In this document: positions 48,901 through 62,295 of the stretch, in pieces
Position numbering within the stretch: position 1 is the first letter of the stretch
How the letters are laid out: each line of letters begins with the position of its first letter
From: Gonapodya sp. JEL0774
Taxonomy: Eukaryota
Direction of reading: 5' to 3'
NCBI GenBank assembly: GCA_027604505.1
Contig: JADIIX010000066.1
Location: 1 to 64,000, forward strand
Length of the DNA stretch: 64,000 bases
The notes under the pieces: model-generated
Seen by the model: the letters and a program-made list of their open reading frames with translations, nothing else
Told to the model about the DNA's origin: nothing
The model's database searches: none
Program-made: the position numbers and the translations under genes

Positions 48901-51900
48901 TGACGCAAAGTCGATCGCATACTATCCACGACTTTGTTGAGCCAGACTTCGACTGCTCCAGTACAGTCACACGGTTCCACAAACTTGACGAACTCGTCGT
49001 TTGGGGCGTACATTCCAGTGGCGATCTTTGTGGGTTCCCCCTTGTCATCTTTCTGAAATTCGAGACGTGCAATCGAGTCAAAAAGCTTTGGAAGATGGAT
49101 TGCAACTTCGTGTGGAATGTTGCCTTTCGCAAGGATGTCGAGCAAATCGGTGGAGGAGACGAAGTAGAAGCGAGGGAAGGCAAGTCTCTTCGTCTCGAGA
49201 TACTCGGCGAGGGACTTCTCGCAAAGCGCTAGCTGGCCCTGCAAGCGCTCTAAAAGGTCGTACAGACCATCTTTCATGCATACCTGTGTGCAGTTTGGTG
49301 TCTTTGATGCATCCGCCATGAGCGCTTTGTAGTCCGAATCTATCCCATCAAACCGCTTTGAATCCTCTGGAAGCTGCATTCTGATATCTTCTGAGCCCAA
49401 GAAAATGTTCTCGAGATGCAGCCATGTTTGCTGAACCTCCAGCCACAATGTGGAGACGCTGTCAACAGTTGAGAGTACGTTTTGCCATTTCGAAATTTGA
49501 GTCTCGAAGAAGCCGGCGTATTTAGATTGCATCATATTCTGCAACATAACTTGGTTATCTTCGAGAGTTTCTATGAGTTCTTCCGAGCTTCGAAGCAAGG
49601 GTGTCTTGGTGCGTTCATGTACTTCATATGTGAACTCCATGGACGCCCACGTTTTTGTGAGGTCATTAATCACTTTCTCCATAGACATTTCCTTGCTGGC
49701 TCGGTCGACTATAGACTTCACATCGTCTTCGAATTTATGTAACTGAAGGCTCAGGAGATCCTGGAACTTCAGGTCATTGGTCATTACGAAAGTGACCCCT
49801 GTCGTTTTCATCAGCTGCTTCCAGTGTCTCTCGCGAATAGCATTGCTTCGCAGTTCTCCCACTGCACGTAGCGATGTGATCATGTCCTTGACCATCTGAT
49901 CAAGTCCGGTGTAAGCATCCCATCCCTTTATCTCCTTGTCCATTCTTCTGAGTTCCTTTGAAAACTCACGACAGACGCCTTCCATATTATCAGGATCGAT
50001 TTGCTGCCATAGGGTCTGTCTCCACTCCTCAAAGACAAACGTGACAAGTCCAACCATGTCCCATAGAGATTTGAGCATGCCAACGTCCCGCCTGCAGTCT
50101 GCGAGCTGCTTGAACGACGGAATAGAGAGCTCAAAGAGTTCACTAGATTGTTTCAATGCAGCAGCCTCAGCCTCCATCGCTTTGACCTCCAAGTGTACTT
50201 GGTCGACCGCAAGGTAAGCTCGGTTCATGCCGAACTCGAACTTGAATGGAGCCTTCTTTTTGAACTCCTCTCTGAAGTTGTGGTTCTTCATCTCGAACTT
50301 GTTCGACTTTTGCTGCAGGCTGTCCACTTCCTTTGCTTGCAGCGGAGCAACAATATCCTTGATTGCAACAGACAACTTCTTTGTCTCAGTCCACTCTTCT
50401 GGAAGATCATTGAGGTCTTTGTGGATGTCATCCGGAAGCTCTACACCGTACTGTCGAAGAAGATTTACCGTTTTCCTGAGAGGTTCGAAGTTGTTATCTA
50501 TGTTTGCTGCACGGTGCTTCACACCGTGGAGTAGTCCCATCGCAGAAACCAAACCCTCGTAATCGCCTTCGGTAATGGAGAACGGCATGATGCGGTTAAG
50601 TCTCGTTAGAACACTTAATGTGGATTACAAATTACTTACCATCTTGGATCTTCGTAGCAAGACCCTTCTTTGTCGTTTTGACGAACTTGTTCAGCTCATT
50701 CAAGCTCACGACTACTTCATCGCTGAGATGCTTTGTAAGCGTGTACGTCCACTTTTTCACGACCAAGTTTAGGCTCTGTTAAAAATGGATTTCAGTCAGT
50801 AAATACTCCACGAATATTTCAAGTATGTAACGAACCTGCTTCAGAGGTTTGACATCCACTTTAAACCAGCCTTGGAAGATCATTTCCGGATCAAGCGCCA
50901 TGACAGTCTTGTGTATCGATTCGAACTTCTTGATCTCCACTTCATACTTTTCGAGCTTGATCGGCTCTCCATCTTCTGTCTTTGGCTGGCTTTCGGCAGG
51001 TTTCTCACCATCTTTTGGAGGTGGACCCTCCAAAAAGTTGCGCATATATTCCTGTCGATTTTCCTGGTAGCAAAATTTGAACAGCATGAGTTGAGTGCAA
51101 AACTGATCGCGTGGTAGGGAGATCTAAAGCGCACCGTCCACAGGTATGCATACTGGTCGTATCCCTCTTTGTATCGGGTGCACTCATCGATGATCCGAAT
51201 AGTTCGCTTGTTAACTTCCTTCCGCATTTTCTCGAGCGCCGGATCCGATGTCATATCTGCCAAGTACGTGGTGTTGTCACCCTCATCGGATGCCGGCAGC
51301 TGTTCAGGCACACCAGCTGGAGCAGGAGGAAGGGCTGACGTCGATGTGCCCACCGGAGCCTCAGCAAGGGTTGGTGTAGGCAGAGGAGCTGCAACAGCCG
51401 GTGCAGGAGGCTTTACTCGTGGCGCGATGCGCTCCATCAAGTTTGCCACATCATAAATGTCGTCTAGAATGCACCTGACGATCGACATGAGACCATCCCG
51501 CGCTTCTGTTGAAAGAATTTGTAAGTGTGAGATCGTTCATTATTTAGTTATCTCACCACAGGGACGAAACAAACCTTCATCCATCGACGGAGTGTAAAGG
51601 ATGTCATTGTGGTCCAACTCCAATTTCGCTTCCAGTAATGGTCCAATTTCTCCTTTGCCTTGTACTTCCGGGTCCATGTTCGTAAGAAGATAGTTGAGGG
51701 AGACGGATATGACTTTGTGGATGCCCTGTCTAACGATGCCGTCAACATGTTCCCGGTACTTCATCCACATTTGCGAATCCTTGTCCGCCTCCAAGGCTTG
51801 TCTGGACTGTTCTACGAGGGCATGAATTGTCTGTGCATCTTGCTTGATCGTGTGATACGTGGCACGAAGCTTCGTGTCCTTCTCCTCCAAATTGAGAGGC

Positions 51901-54866
51901 TTCTTTTGGTCCTTTCGGTCAATCAGAGGAGATGCATACCACCGTTCCATCATTTTCGTCATCTGAGCAACATTGCTCTTTGCTGTTTGAAGTGTGGTCG
52001 CGAGTCCTCCGACAGTTCCAGCCGCGCTCTCGATGAACTGTTCGACATTTGGAGCTTTCCAGCTTAGTGTCGTCACGGACTGGTGATCACATTTCAATTC
52101 CGTGAGATGAGCAGAAATTAATTGTGCAAACACAACCTACCTCTTCAATTTGCGCATCTATTGCCTTTAACTTGGCCTCAATCAATGGTGCCTCCACCTC
52201 CAAAACAGTGGTCCGGATAGAATTGTACTGGCCGACGATGTGCTCCAACCGGAATATATGGGATCGGAAAGTCTCAGCTTTAGAGAAGATAGACTCCGCC
52301 TTCTCGGGTACCTTCATTGGAAGCCCTTGATGGAAGTAACGGACCTCGCGAAGCAGTGCGACAACTTTGGGGTCGAAATTAACCCGAAGAAGGCCATTTT
52401 CCATCCGGATGAGAAGAGGTTTGCTCAAGTTGGCTTCAGTCTCATCGATGATGTTCGCCGCCCATTTGTCAAATACTCCTGCTTCGTAGGACTCGATGAT
52501 GGAGTTGAGATCGTCGTATTTCGCAAACACCAAGCGTGCCTCCTCGGTGGACATGGCCGGGTGGTTGAGCTTAGAGCAAGAAAATGAACATAGAGGAAAC
52601 ACGACTCAACCAGATGCAACTCTCCATACGCACCGCTTTAAGCTTCTCGAGCGACTTTCCAACCCTCTCTTTCATTTCTTTGGTCCAAATCAGCGCGCCT
52701 GTAACTGGTGCTGCATTGTAGTGCAATTGAGGATTATCTCGATGCTTGAGAAAGAACGTCCGGACGTCTTCCACGTCCTTGGAGAAAAGACGAACGAGGA
52801 CGTGGTATTTGGACTCAAAGTCATTGGCGATAGCTGGCCGGGTGAGGAGACCCGCGAAGGAGTCGAGGAGTTTGAAGCATGATTGAAGGTTCGCCGAGTC
52901 GTCGAATGCTTGACAAATGATGGTGCTATTGATTCAAATTGAAGGTTCATGGATGAGAAAGTACGCAGAGCCACCGTCCAATCGACTACATACGCGATGC
53001 GCCTATCCAGATCATTGAGCTTGGTGTGAAACTTTCCGACATCATTTTCGAAATCCGGCAAAGACAAATCGAGAATGTCGTATTTCAGTTTGGAGAACGT
53101 GGAGAGAGCGCCGGTGAATTCGGTGAAGATTTGTACGACCTGAGAGGACAGAATCTTGCCCTTTCATTCAAAGATAAGTTGAATAAATTTGAAATTTAAG
53201 TGGATGTGAGGCAGGACGCCGTGGTCTCACCTTTGTCCCGCCAACCTCAACTTTCTCGAGGCGATTGAACTCGATAATCGTCTCAAACAAACCGGCAATC
53301 ACGCCCACCCTCTCCAAGAACTTCTCGAGTCTCCCAAACACAATGCGCGAATCAAAGTTCCAAGGTCTTTCCGTCGTCATACTCTTCTCTCTGTACCTCG
53401 TATAAGCCTTCTTAAGCGCGTCGCACACCCTCTGCACGTTTTTGAGTCTCTCCGAGGCCTCATCCGGCTCGGCCGTGAAGAGTTCCTGCGGCTGAATAAA
53501 CTGCCTTGCCTGGTCGATTACGTCGTTGCAGATCTCGCGAAGGAGGACCGTGAGACGGTTCGGGGTGTTGTAGTGTTGGGAGTTTGTCCAGACGAGCATG
53601 ATGGTGTGCATGAAAGGCATAAAGAGTTTGGTGAGCTCAACAAATTCGCCGCCGCCGTTGAGCTTCTCGACATAAGGTCGGAGAGGTTTGAGGAATGTCG
53701 TTATATCGCGAGCTTCGTCAAGAGCTGTGGAAAGTGAGAGTAAGTTTGATGGAAATGAATACCGCAACCAAACGAGCATTTTGCGAGCAGCTAAGCCCCA
53801 CCGTTCTTCACTTCATCCGCAATCATCCTGAATGCAGGCCAATATGTGGACTGAGTTTTCTCCAAAACGTCGGCGATTTTCTTGATTTTCTCCTCCACAA
53901 GTTGACCATGTATGCACTCCAGATTGGCAGCTTTGGCTGCCCAAAAGTCGAGTTCAACAGATGGTCCTGGAGTGAGTCCCTCGTCGAGAGGGGCGGATGA
54001 CGAGGACTTGATGACTTCACGGATCTGGTGGGCCCAGTCGATGACCGCGGACTCGAGGGAATGGAGAGTGGCTTTGTCCGCATCGGAGGTTGGTTGGGCC
54101 GCGGCGGCAGTGCGAGCGGTGGAGTGGGGAAGCGGAAGGAGGGTTCGTCCCTGAACCGCGAGAGCGGAACGATGAAGCGAGACATTGAGTCGCCACTAGA
54201 TCATGAGAAAATAACGTCGAATTTACATTCGCTTACCTTAACTTTCCCCGTGATCACGTAAACTGCGGCGTTGAGTCGGTGAAAGTGCCGGAGCACGTCG
54301 TTCGCCACAACATCGGGCCAGTTCTCCAGATTTCGTGGGTTTGTCAGCAACGGCAAGTAAACTTCCTCGAGCATGTTGCTGAGATACTCGAGAGGCGCGG
54401 GGCTCAGATCCCCAAGTGTGAGCTCTGTTTCGAGCTTTTCGGTGACTGGAGCGTTGCAACGGGGGGATTTCATGAAAAAGATAGACTTCTTTTTGAGTAC
54501 GGGCGGGAACGTTGTTGCAGGGAGAAGGTCATCGCGGGGATTGAGGAAGAAGAGGAGTGTAGGGAGCTCTGGCGTGTCGAGGAATTTCGTTATGATGTCG
54601 CTAAAGAGGGTTGGACGGAGCAGTGTTCATTCATTCATCAGAAATTCCCGAAAGATAGCACGAAGCTCCTGGCGTGAGCGCGTGTGGTCTCACCAGTTCT
54701 CGGGCGCCGAGGTGAGCTTTTTCCACTTGTCGGCCTTGAGTTTGAGAGCATTTAGAACCCGTTCTGCGAACCATTCGACACGTGGGTCGACCGCCTTGGC
54801 GACTTCCTTCTCCTCAACACCTCCTTCCTCCCCGGCCTTGGTTGCGTCCTCCTTCTTATCCGCCAT
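39931..54866 (-). CDS. Axonemal dynein heavy chain, outer-arm beta type (DNAH9/11/17-like)
   Basis: Tail domains, AAA1 GPAGTGKT / CFDEFNR, AAA2 GNAG|SGKS, AAA3 [11 protein letters not shown]4 GVGGSGKQ, stalk coiled coil, and C-terminus [38 protein letters not shown]. Start [10 protein letters not shown] at 54866. Confidence 0.97.
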
Positions 54867-55694
54867 TGGATTAGGGAAAGGAGAGGACGTGTGAGAGGTG
54901 TCAAACGCCGCTTTGGATTGATATCAGAGCCAAGCGTGATGCCAGGTAAAAATAATGACTAGCAAGTCTGATGGCAGATCGAGATGGAAACGGGCGTGGA
55001 TACCTTGTTCAGTGCGGGGGCGAGTGAGTGATGAGCGTTTGATACCTGCGGCGACCAGAACAACCAACATACTTAGACTGCCGCGACGGGCACTAAATAG
55101 AATGCCGAATCTATACCTCTGTTGTAGTTCCCGTAGTACTTGGTCGGTTTTGCCCACTTTGAAATTTGTTCATGTGCTGTATGCCCCACTCACAATCTGC
55201 TCCAGGACAAACTGCCGACACCACCATCGAGATTCTTGGTATATTGAAATGTGCTTCCTAAATTCGATCTCTTACTCTCGGCTTCCTGTATATTTAATAT
55301 GCCATATTCCATGTGTTTGCTCTCCTTTTCGCCTTTCCCGTTAGTGCTCAAAAAGCGTGTACGGAAGTTCAATCGTTCTGCAATTATACGAAGCCTTCCG
55401 TCATGTATTTTGTTTGCTAATAGTCTCAACACCTGCATGCACTGCATATGATTTTACCCCTCGGCTCTGGACGCTTCGCCCCCTGTGGCGAGCTCTGTGG
55501 CAACCCCATCCCTTGTGATCCTCCAACTGCAACATCACACCAACAGTTCACTCCGACTTGACCTCTCGCGACCGTGCTCTCTTTTCCAGACACTCGAAAT
55601 TTGAAATCCCACTTGAATCGAGTAAATCGGTTTCTGGATTCCCCAATACCGCGACATTCGCCTCCCCCTCCCCGAAACCCATCCAATCTGAGTC

Positions 55695-57408
55695 ATGGCT
55701 TCAGACCTCGCAGCGTCAATCTTTCACCCTTCTGAAATCTATGCCCTCTTTTCCTTTCTTTCGTCCCCGGACCCTTCCCGTGCTTTCCGTAAGCGGCCGA
55801 GCACGGAAGCGTCCAGTCACGATTGGTGCTACTATTTCCTCAACCTGACATCCCGATCGTTCGCACGCGTCATTCAGGAGCTGAATGATGAGATGCGACA
55901 TCCCGTCTGTATATTTTACCTCGTTTTGCGAGGATTGGACACTGTTGAGGACGACATGACTTTGCCCGTGGACCGTAAACTGGCGGTCCTAAGATCTTTC
56001 CACGAAATCATTTACCAGCGTGGATGGACTTTCAACGAAAGTGGTCCCGATGAGAAGGACAGGGAGTTGCTCGTGGGCTTTGACAAGGTCGTGAATGAGT
56101 TTTTGAGACTGTCAGACAAGTACCAGACTGTTATTGCCGACATTACTCGGCGGATGGCCTTTGGCATGGCAGAGTTTATCGAAGGGAAGAAGGTTGTCAC
56201 CATGGATGTGAGTTGAGTGAATCGGAATGCGCGATGTCCCTGTAATAATGTCCAACATTCCTCCCTTTCACGTCAGGACTTTAACCTCTACACCCACTAT
56301 GTCGCTGGTCTCGTGGGCTACGGTCTCACTGGCCTGTTTATCGCCTCAGGTTTGGAACCCGAACTTGCGGCCCTCCCTAACGACCGTGCTCTCTTCCTCT
56401 CCAACCAAATGGGTCTCATGCTTCAAAAGATCAACATCATTCGTGATTTGGCAGAAGACGTGCCGCAAGGAAGGGTGTTTTGGCCGAAAGATGTGTGGGG
56501 GAAGTACGTGGACAGAATCGAGGACTTGCTGGAGCCCCGAAATATTGGTGAGTCATCGTTTGATACCAACATAACTCTGAGCTTATCCAAAGGGTTCTCG
56601 TCACCGCATTTGTGCGCTCTTTGCGTCTCAGATCTTGCCCGAGCGTGCCTAAACGATCTCTGTGGGAACGCTCTATCGCTGGTTCCTGATTCGCTCGAGT
56701 ACCTCAGCCTCCTCCGAGAGCCCACAATCTTCCGTTTTTGTGCCATTCCTCAGGTGCGTTCGAATTCCCTCAAGCCCGCCCACGGTCCTCGCTGATAGAA
56801 CCAACACTGACCTTACCGTGAAACCGACACCCGTGTCAGACCATGGCCATTTCTACACTCACTCTCGTCCTCGACAACCCAAAACTGTTCCGCATGCCCC
56901 TCTTAAAAATCCGCAAGGGCCAGGCCTGTGAACAGATTGTCGGCTCTGGAAACTTCAGCAGTGTACGCGTGCTCTTTTTCCGCGAGATTCGTGCGCAGGC
57001 GGCGAAAGTCTTTGCAATTGTGAGAAGAGGTGGGGAGGACGTAAAGAGGGGTACGGTCCTCGATTTGGACATTGCATTGGGGAAGGTTCGTATCGGTGTG
57101 AAACCGGGTATCCTCGTCGTGCAAGTCTCCATCTTTCAATGCTGTTTGCCTCACTCCCATAAATTTGCATACTTTAGGCCGAATCTGCGATCCGCCACCA
57201 CGACAAAATCCACAACGTTTTCACCACTACGTCCGGTACCACCCAGGGCTTCCCCTTCACCGTCTCACCGCAAGCAAACGGAAAGCCCGTGGTCCCAATG
57301 GCTCAATCCTCGAATGCATCGGGCCCATGGCTGATATTGGGAGTGGCGGTGGTGCTCGCTGCGGTTGGATACGCTGTTTGGAGTGGGGAGGGGCAAGGGC
57401 AGCAATGA
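55695..57408 (+). CDS. ERG9: Squalene synthase (farnesyl-diphosphate farnesyltransferase)
   Basis: TSRSFA, IFYLVLRGLDTVEDDMT, YTHYVAGLVG, MGLMLQKINIIRD, FRFCAIPQ, KIRKG and a C-terminal TM anchor WLILGVAVVLAAVGYAVW. Confidence 0.96.
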
Positions 57409-57849
57409 GGACCAACAGATATATATATTCCCTATTAGATTTACATAATTGAAATAATTGCAACAAGAGTCTTCAGCTGTGATGTGTTGTATAACATTGG
57501 TCAGGAGGAGTAGTTGAGGGTGTCAGTTCTCGAACGGGCGATTTCGGGTAACTTCCCCAAAAGTGGCATTAATACATAATTCTGCATCGCCTTTCGTGAA
57601 AACCTTGGAGTCGCGGCCATCGTTGGATTCGTGAGCAATACCATCGTCATCGTCGTCGAACTCTCTTTACGGAAAGGAGAAGCCGTGGAACGCGATGACA
57701 TCACGAAGAGTGCCGTTCTCCGCCCGACCGGGCGCCGATGCCGGGCGTGAGTGACTTGCCTATTTTGTAATCGGTCTCTTTTTCAAGTCTGATCACCATC
57801 ACCGCACTTCCGGTATGAACTTTGATCACAACTCCGACACGTTTCCCCG

Positions 57850-58041
57850 ATGAGCACAGCTTCATACCCTGTGGAAGATGAGCGTCCGGAACTTGTTCAA
57901 ATGGCAGAACGTGCGATAGAAAACGAGAAAAAATTTGGCTTCTGGATCAATGTGGGAAACGTCGCTGTGATTGTACTGTTCTTGGTTATATTGTGGTGGT
58001 TGAATTCGTATGGGACGCCGGAAAGAGCAGATACAGAATGA
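57850..58041 (+). CDS. Small (63 aa) single-TM hypothetical protein
   Basis: ATG-started intronless ORF with a charged N-terminus, a clean hydrophobic helix (FWINVGNVAVIVLFLVILWWL) and a short polar tail. Confidence 0.5.
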   Translation: MSTASYPVEDERPELVQMAERAIENEKKFGFWINVGNVAVIVLFLVILWWLNSYGTPERADTE

Positions 58042-59291
58042 CCTCTTAGATGGGGGCAGGGTGTGGTGGAGGGTGGTGGGAGTTGGGGAGTTGGGGTGTG
58101 TGTGGGAGGGTTGGATATGCTGGGTGCCTGTCGGGTCAGGTGGGACAGGATACCATCCATACGCCTGTTCACCCGATCCCACGTTGGTGCCGTGGTGGGG
58201 CGGGAATGGACACGTGACACGTGACGGTGACTGTGCTTGAGACCGGCGTGAACAGGGTTTTGGTGGGACGCGGACTCTTTATCATAATTGAGATGTATAC
58301 CAACATGGCCATCACTACTCTTATGTCTGACGATCTGTCTTGGCTTCGTTTGCAAGTGTAAGAACGTCACTGAACACATGCGCATGACGGGGGGTATGAA
58401 CGACATTCTCGACCCTCTCCCTCTGCCTGGAGCAAGAGCAAAGTAACTTGATCAACGCTGTGATAAAGGTCGTTATATATCTGGTGGAGGTCTTCGGCTC
58501 ACCAAAACATTTCAGCAGCAGCGCACTAGATTTCACTTTATTGAAGAGAAGCGTTTACGAGTACTGTGTATTTACTGTAATTTTGTTGTTTTATTGACTG
58601 TCCTGTGTTGCATCTACAATTATAGTTTTCAATTCTCCTCCCCCACTCCCCGGCGACCCCTGCCCCCCACCGAAGTTCCTCACGCCAGATATTTACATTA
58701 CCGGTTTGAGACTCATTCTATGGTCGCTCCCAGACTAAAGATAATCACTTTATCTGCAAACATGAAACGCGGCGGCACCGCCACCGACGCCTGTCTCCCG
58801 AGGGATATTCTTCCCAAAACAGCAACTAAACTTCCAGTCCAGTCTCCCTTATTCTTCCCCTTCCGCCACGTCATCCTCGGGATTTGAGACTGACCAAAAT
58901 TTTCTCAACTTGCTTTTCCGCTGTTCTGTAGAATTTGTGGACAATGTTTGTTTATATCGGACAGTTGCGGGCAAGTGGGGTACTCCAGGCAGGTGCGGGC
59001 AGCTCCGGGCGCTCCGAGAATCGAGGCAGCAAAAGGGTGCAGGAAATCATATAAAGCACCAAGCTCTCTTTATAAATTTGCTGGAGGTTAGTTGTTTGAC
59101 TGTTTACCTATTACGTATCGATTCGGTCATTTTTGATTTCTTGGTGATAGATTGTGGTGGTCCCAGCCAAGAGGAGATTTCTGTTCCTTCTGAAAAGCGC
59201 AACAGGGCAGAAGAGTGATAAGAGACTCTGGGATGGTGCTTAAGCTAGGAAGCATACAACAATGTATGAATTGGTTAATATTTGCTTGTAT

Positions 59292-59325
59292 TGTCTCCCG
59301 AGGAACCAAAACGTGACCTCCGGCA
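59292..59325 (+). promoter_or_regulatory. Candidate cis-element pair TGTCTCCCGA...CCTCCGGCA upstream of MFS copy 1
   Basis: The same two motifs occur in the same order at 62756-62784 upstream of copy 2; an extra TGTCTCCCGA lies at 58792-58801. Confidence 0.45.
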
Positions 59326-59470
59326 GAATGGGGTCCACCCAAAAGTCCTTTCGGTTCAAAAAACCCGAACTCCCCAATAAATAACCGTCCCCACTTTTCA
59401 GGCGGAGGGGTTCTCGGCATTCCAAAAACAGAACTCAAACTCAATCGGACCCTCTCACGAAGATTCCATC

Positions 59471-62295
59471 ATGGAGGAAGAAAAGAACGAACAGAAGGCT
59501 GTTGTAAGTGTGCTGGTCGCTCAGAACATAATCAAGACACGCAGTCTTGGGAACCATCCATTCCTAAATCTTCCTTCAGGAGAGCTTGTTATCTGCGTCC
59601 AAGTTGATGGAGCTTTGAGAGTGTTATTCACGTGCTTCTGAACTGACACCCCCGGGTGACAATCTGCTGATCACTGATTGATCCTTCTCTGCCACCCTCC
59701 CAACACGTCTGGTCGATTAAACTTCTCCATCGAAATGCAAAGCTCGAGAATCCAGTCACATGGAGTCCAGAAGAGGTAAGAAACCGATCTCAGGCTAACT
59801 GTTCCTTCCATTTGTGGCTCCGAAGTGGCTCTAATGCCTCCCCGTCCCCACTTTTCTGTTCACAGGAGGCGGCCGTCATGCGCAAAGTTGATTTTAGGAT
59901 CGTTCCTTGGCTGATGCTCTGTTATACTGCTCTCAACGTACGTGTTTGAGGAATTTGACTTGGGTTCCTCTGTCTAACCACCCGTTACTCTCGACCTCAG
60001 ATTGATCGTGGCAACATTTCCAATGGTATCTTGGAGTCATTTTTATTTGGCTTCTTGTCGCTTTATCTCATTCCATTACACCGAATGAAGCTGCCATTAT
60101 GAACGCCGAAACCCCAACTCACACACTGCTATACCAACTTGGTCTCCAGGGGGATCAATTCAATTGGGCACTCTCCGCCTTCTTTTTTGGATACGTTGCA
60201 TTTGAAATCCCTAGTGTGGGTTGATTCGCAACAATCGTACTGCTCGCTTGTGATTCTCTAATTTAGGTGTTCCTTGCAGAACATGTTGATTACTCGCTTC
60301 AACCCCAGCCGATGGATTGCAAGGTAATTGGCACACTAGTCATTCCGGAGGATGCCAGTTCGCAAATCTAATCGATCCTTTCGTTTTTGGCAGAATCATG
60401 ACGACCTGGGGAATCTGTGCTGCCCTCATGGGCGCCACCACGAACTTCGCCAGTCTCGTTGCCGTGAGAGTGGCAGTTGGAAGTATGGAAGCCGGATATT
60501 CTCCTGGAACAGCCCTTTACCTCGCTTTCTGGTGGGTCTCATCTCTCATCTTCCTAATGATCATTTTCATTCACGAATATCACGCCACATACAGGTACCG
60601 CAAGTACGAAGTTTCTTCTCGCTGGGCGTACATGTATGGCGGTGCAGGAGTCATTTCTAGTTTCGGAGGTTTGATTGCATACGCCGTTGCAAATGTGAGA
60701 GCTCGCTTCTATGTCCTCAGGGTTCCATCAATTGGAATCTCACGAATTCGATTTCTCAACTAGATGGACGGCGCTGGCGGTCTTGCAGGATGGCGTTGGT
60801 GAGTATCAGTGGAGTATATCGCGATCCACTATCTCAGGGACTGATGAACAAACTATTGTAATCCGATAAAACAGGCTCTTTATTTTGGAGGGTATTGCAA
60901 GCGCACTGGTTGGCGTCGGTACATGGTTCATTCTTCCTGTGAGTTACAATTGAAAGGTTCCGAATCCGTGCGAAACGTCGTCTGACGGCTTTTATGTGCT
61001 CGCTAGGACTACCCACAAACGGCTAAGTTCCTTAGCGAGAGGGAGAAAGAGATTGTGATCGGTCGCCTTCCTCCCACCGGTCCGTCTATGCTCGCCAAGA
61101 AGATGGAACTCGCCGAAGTGCTCGATGCTTTCAAGGACTGGAAGTATGTTTCGTGTAGCTTAGTGAAATCTGATGACTGTGAATTTCTAATGCAACTTCT
61201 AAAATGTTATTACAGAATGTACGCTTTCGGAGTTGCTTGCACACTACAGTTTACCACCGCTTATGCGATCGCCTACTTCCTTCCCACGGTAAGCCGTCAA
61301 GTGCTTTTCTTTTTGGGCCCCCCATTTTGATCAGCCTCTAACGATTCAGATCATCAAAGTCATGGGCTTCACTTCCACCACCGCGCAACTACTCACCGTT
61401 GCTCCCTCCTTTGTAGGAAGTGTCTGGATTTTCTTCATGTGAGTAACATATTTGGGTACAATCTAGATTGAATGGAGCGTTCATGCTACCCCCTGCCTCA
61501 TAGCAACTGGAGCAGTGACCGCATGCAAGAAAAGGGCTTCCACGGTGCCGCCTGCCTCATTCCACCAATCATTGGTAGGTTTCACATGTTGATCCTTACA
61601 AGCTCTCCTGCAAGAGGGTTCACACACCAATCAATTTTTTCACATGTAGGGTACTTTTTGCTTGCCAATGTTCAACCACAGCTCAGTCCGTATGGCAGAT
61701 ATGGACTTATTTTCCTTACCTCAATATGCAACGGAGTCGTTCCGATTCTGATTGGCTACTCCACAATTACAACCAAAGTACGTTGAAGCTTCAACTTGAT
61801 GCGCGAACATAGTTCTGATATTCTCCGCCACACAGGGAGCCTCGCGAACTGCACTTCGATCAGCATTTACCATTGCATGTGGAAACATCGGAGGTGCTAC
61901 CGGCTCTCAAGTCTACCAATCATACGACGCTCCCTATTAGTGAGTTAACTGTTTCGTGAACACACTATCCATTTTCAGGATTTAATACCCTTAATTTCTT
62001 CCCTTACTTCCACTTTTAGCACTCGTGGACACTACATCAACGCTTCCTTGTTGTGTTGTGTGCTTGTTCTTTTGCTTGTCCTTAAATACACTATTGAGCG
62101 TGAAGGCGAATACGTCGGCAGAAAGGCGAACATGACCAGTGAGTATACATCTACCACTCGACCGTTGAAGCCTCTCTAAATGGTATTTCTTGCGCTTCTC
62201 CTCCCACCAAATACCTAGTTCTTGAGCGGGGAGGGATTGAACTTGACGGCAACAAGATTATCGAGGCAGAACGAGTAATTCACAGCTCGGCGTAA
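59471..62295 (+). CRISPR. MFS transporter, anion:cation symporter (Dal5/Tna1-like) family, copy 1 (protein-coding gene)
   Basis: Type label entered in error; this is a CDS, see the next entry. Confidence 0.
59471..62295 (+). CDS. MFS transporter, anion:cation symporter (Dal5/Tna1-like) family, copy 1
   Basis: RKVDFRIVPWLMLCYTALN|IDRGNISNA, FFFGYVAFEIPSN, WIARIMTTWG, EAGYSPG, WYRKYE..R, MDGAGGLAGWRWLFILEG, PDYPQTAKFLSEREK, GNIGG. Many short introns. Confidence 0.93.

Noticed and set aside
44867..49232. Long plus-strand ORFs (187-279 aa) opposite the dynein
   Set aside because: Antisense shadows of long codon-biased exons with no recognisable motifs.
54867..55694. RFX X-box in the dynein/ERG9 divergent promoter
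   Set aside because: Only a half-site (ggcaac near 55499-55504) is visible; no full palindromic match.
59504..59742. TPP riboswitch in the longer first intron of the MFS genes
   Set aside because: No CUGAGA / ACCUGAU..AUAAUACCAGCG core, and the intron is not conserved in copy 2.
60026..60090. U12-type intron (GTATCTT donor) in MFS copy 1
   Set aside because: Imperfect match to GTATCCTT, no clear U12 branch site, and the paralogous intron starts GTGACT.
59471..62295. Feature entry typed CRISPR at these coordinates
   Set aside because: Labelling error, given confidence 0. The region is an MFS transporter gene and no CRISPR array exists in the window.
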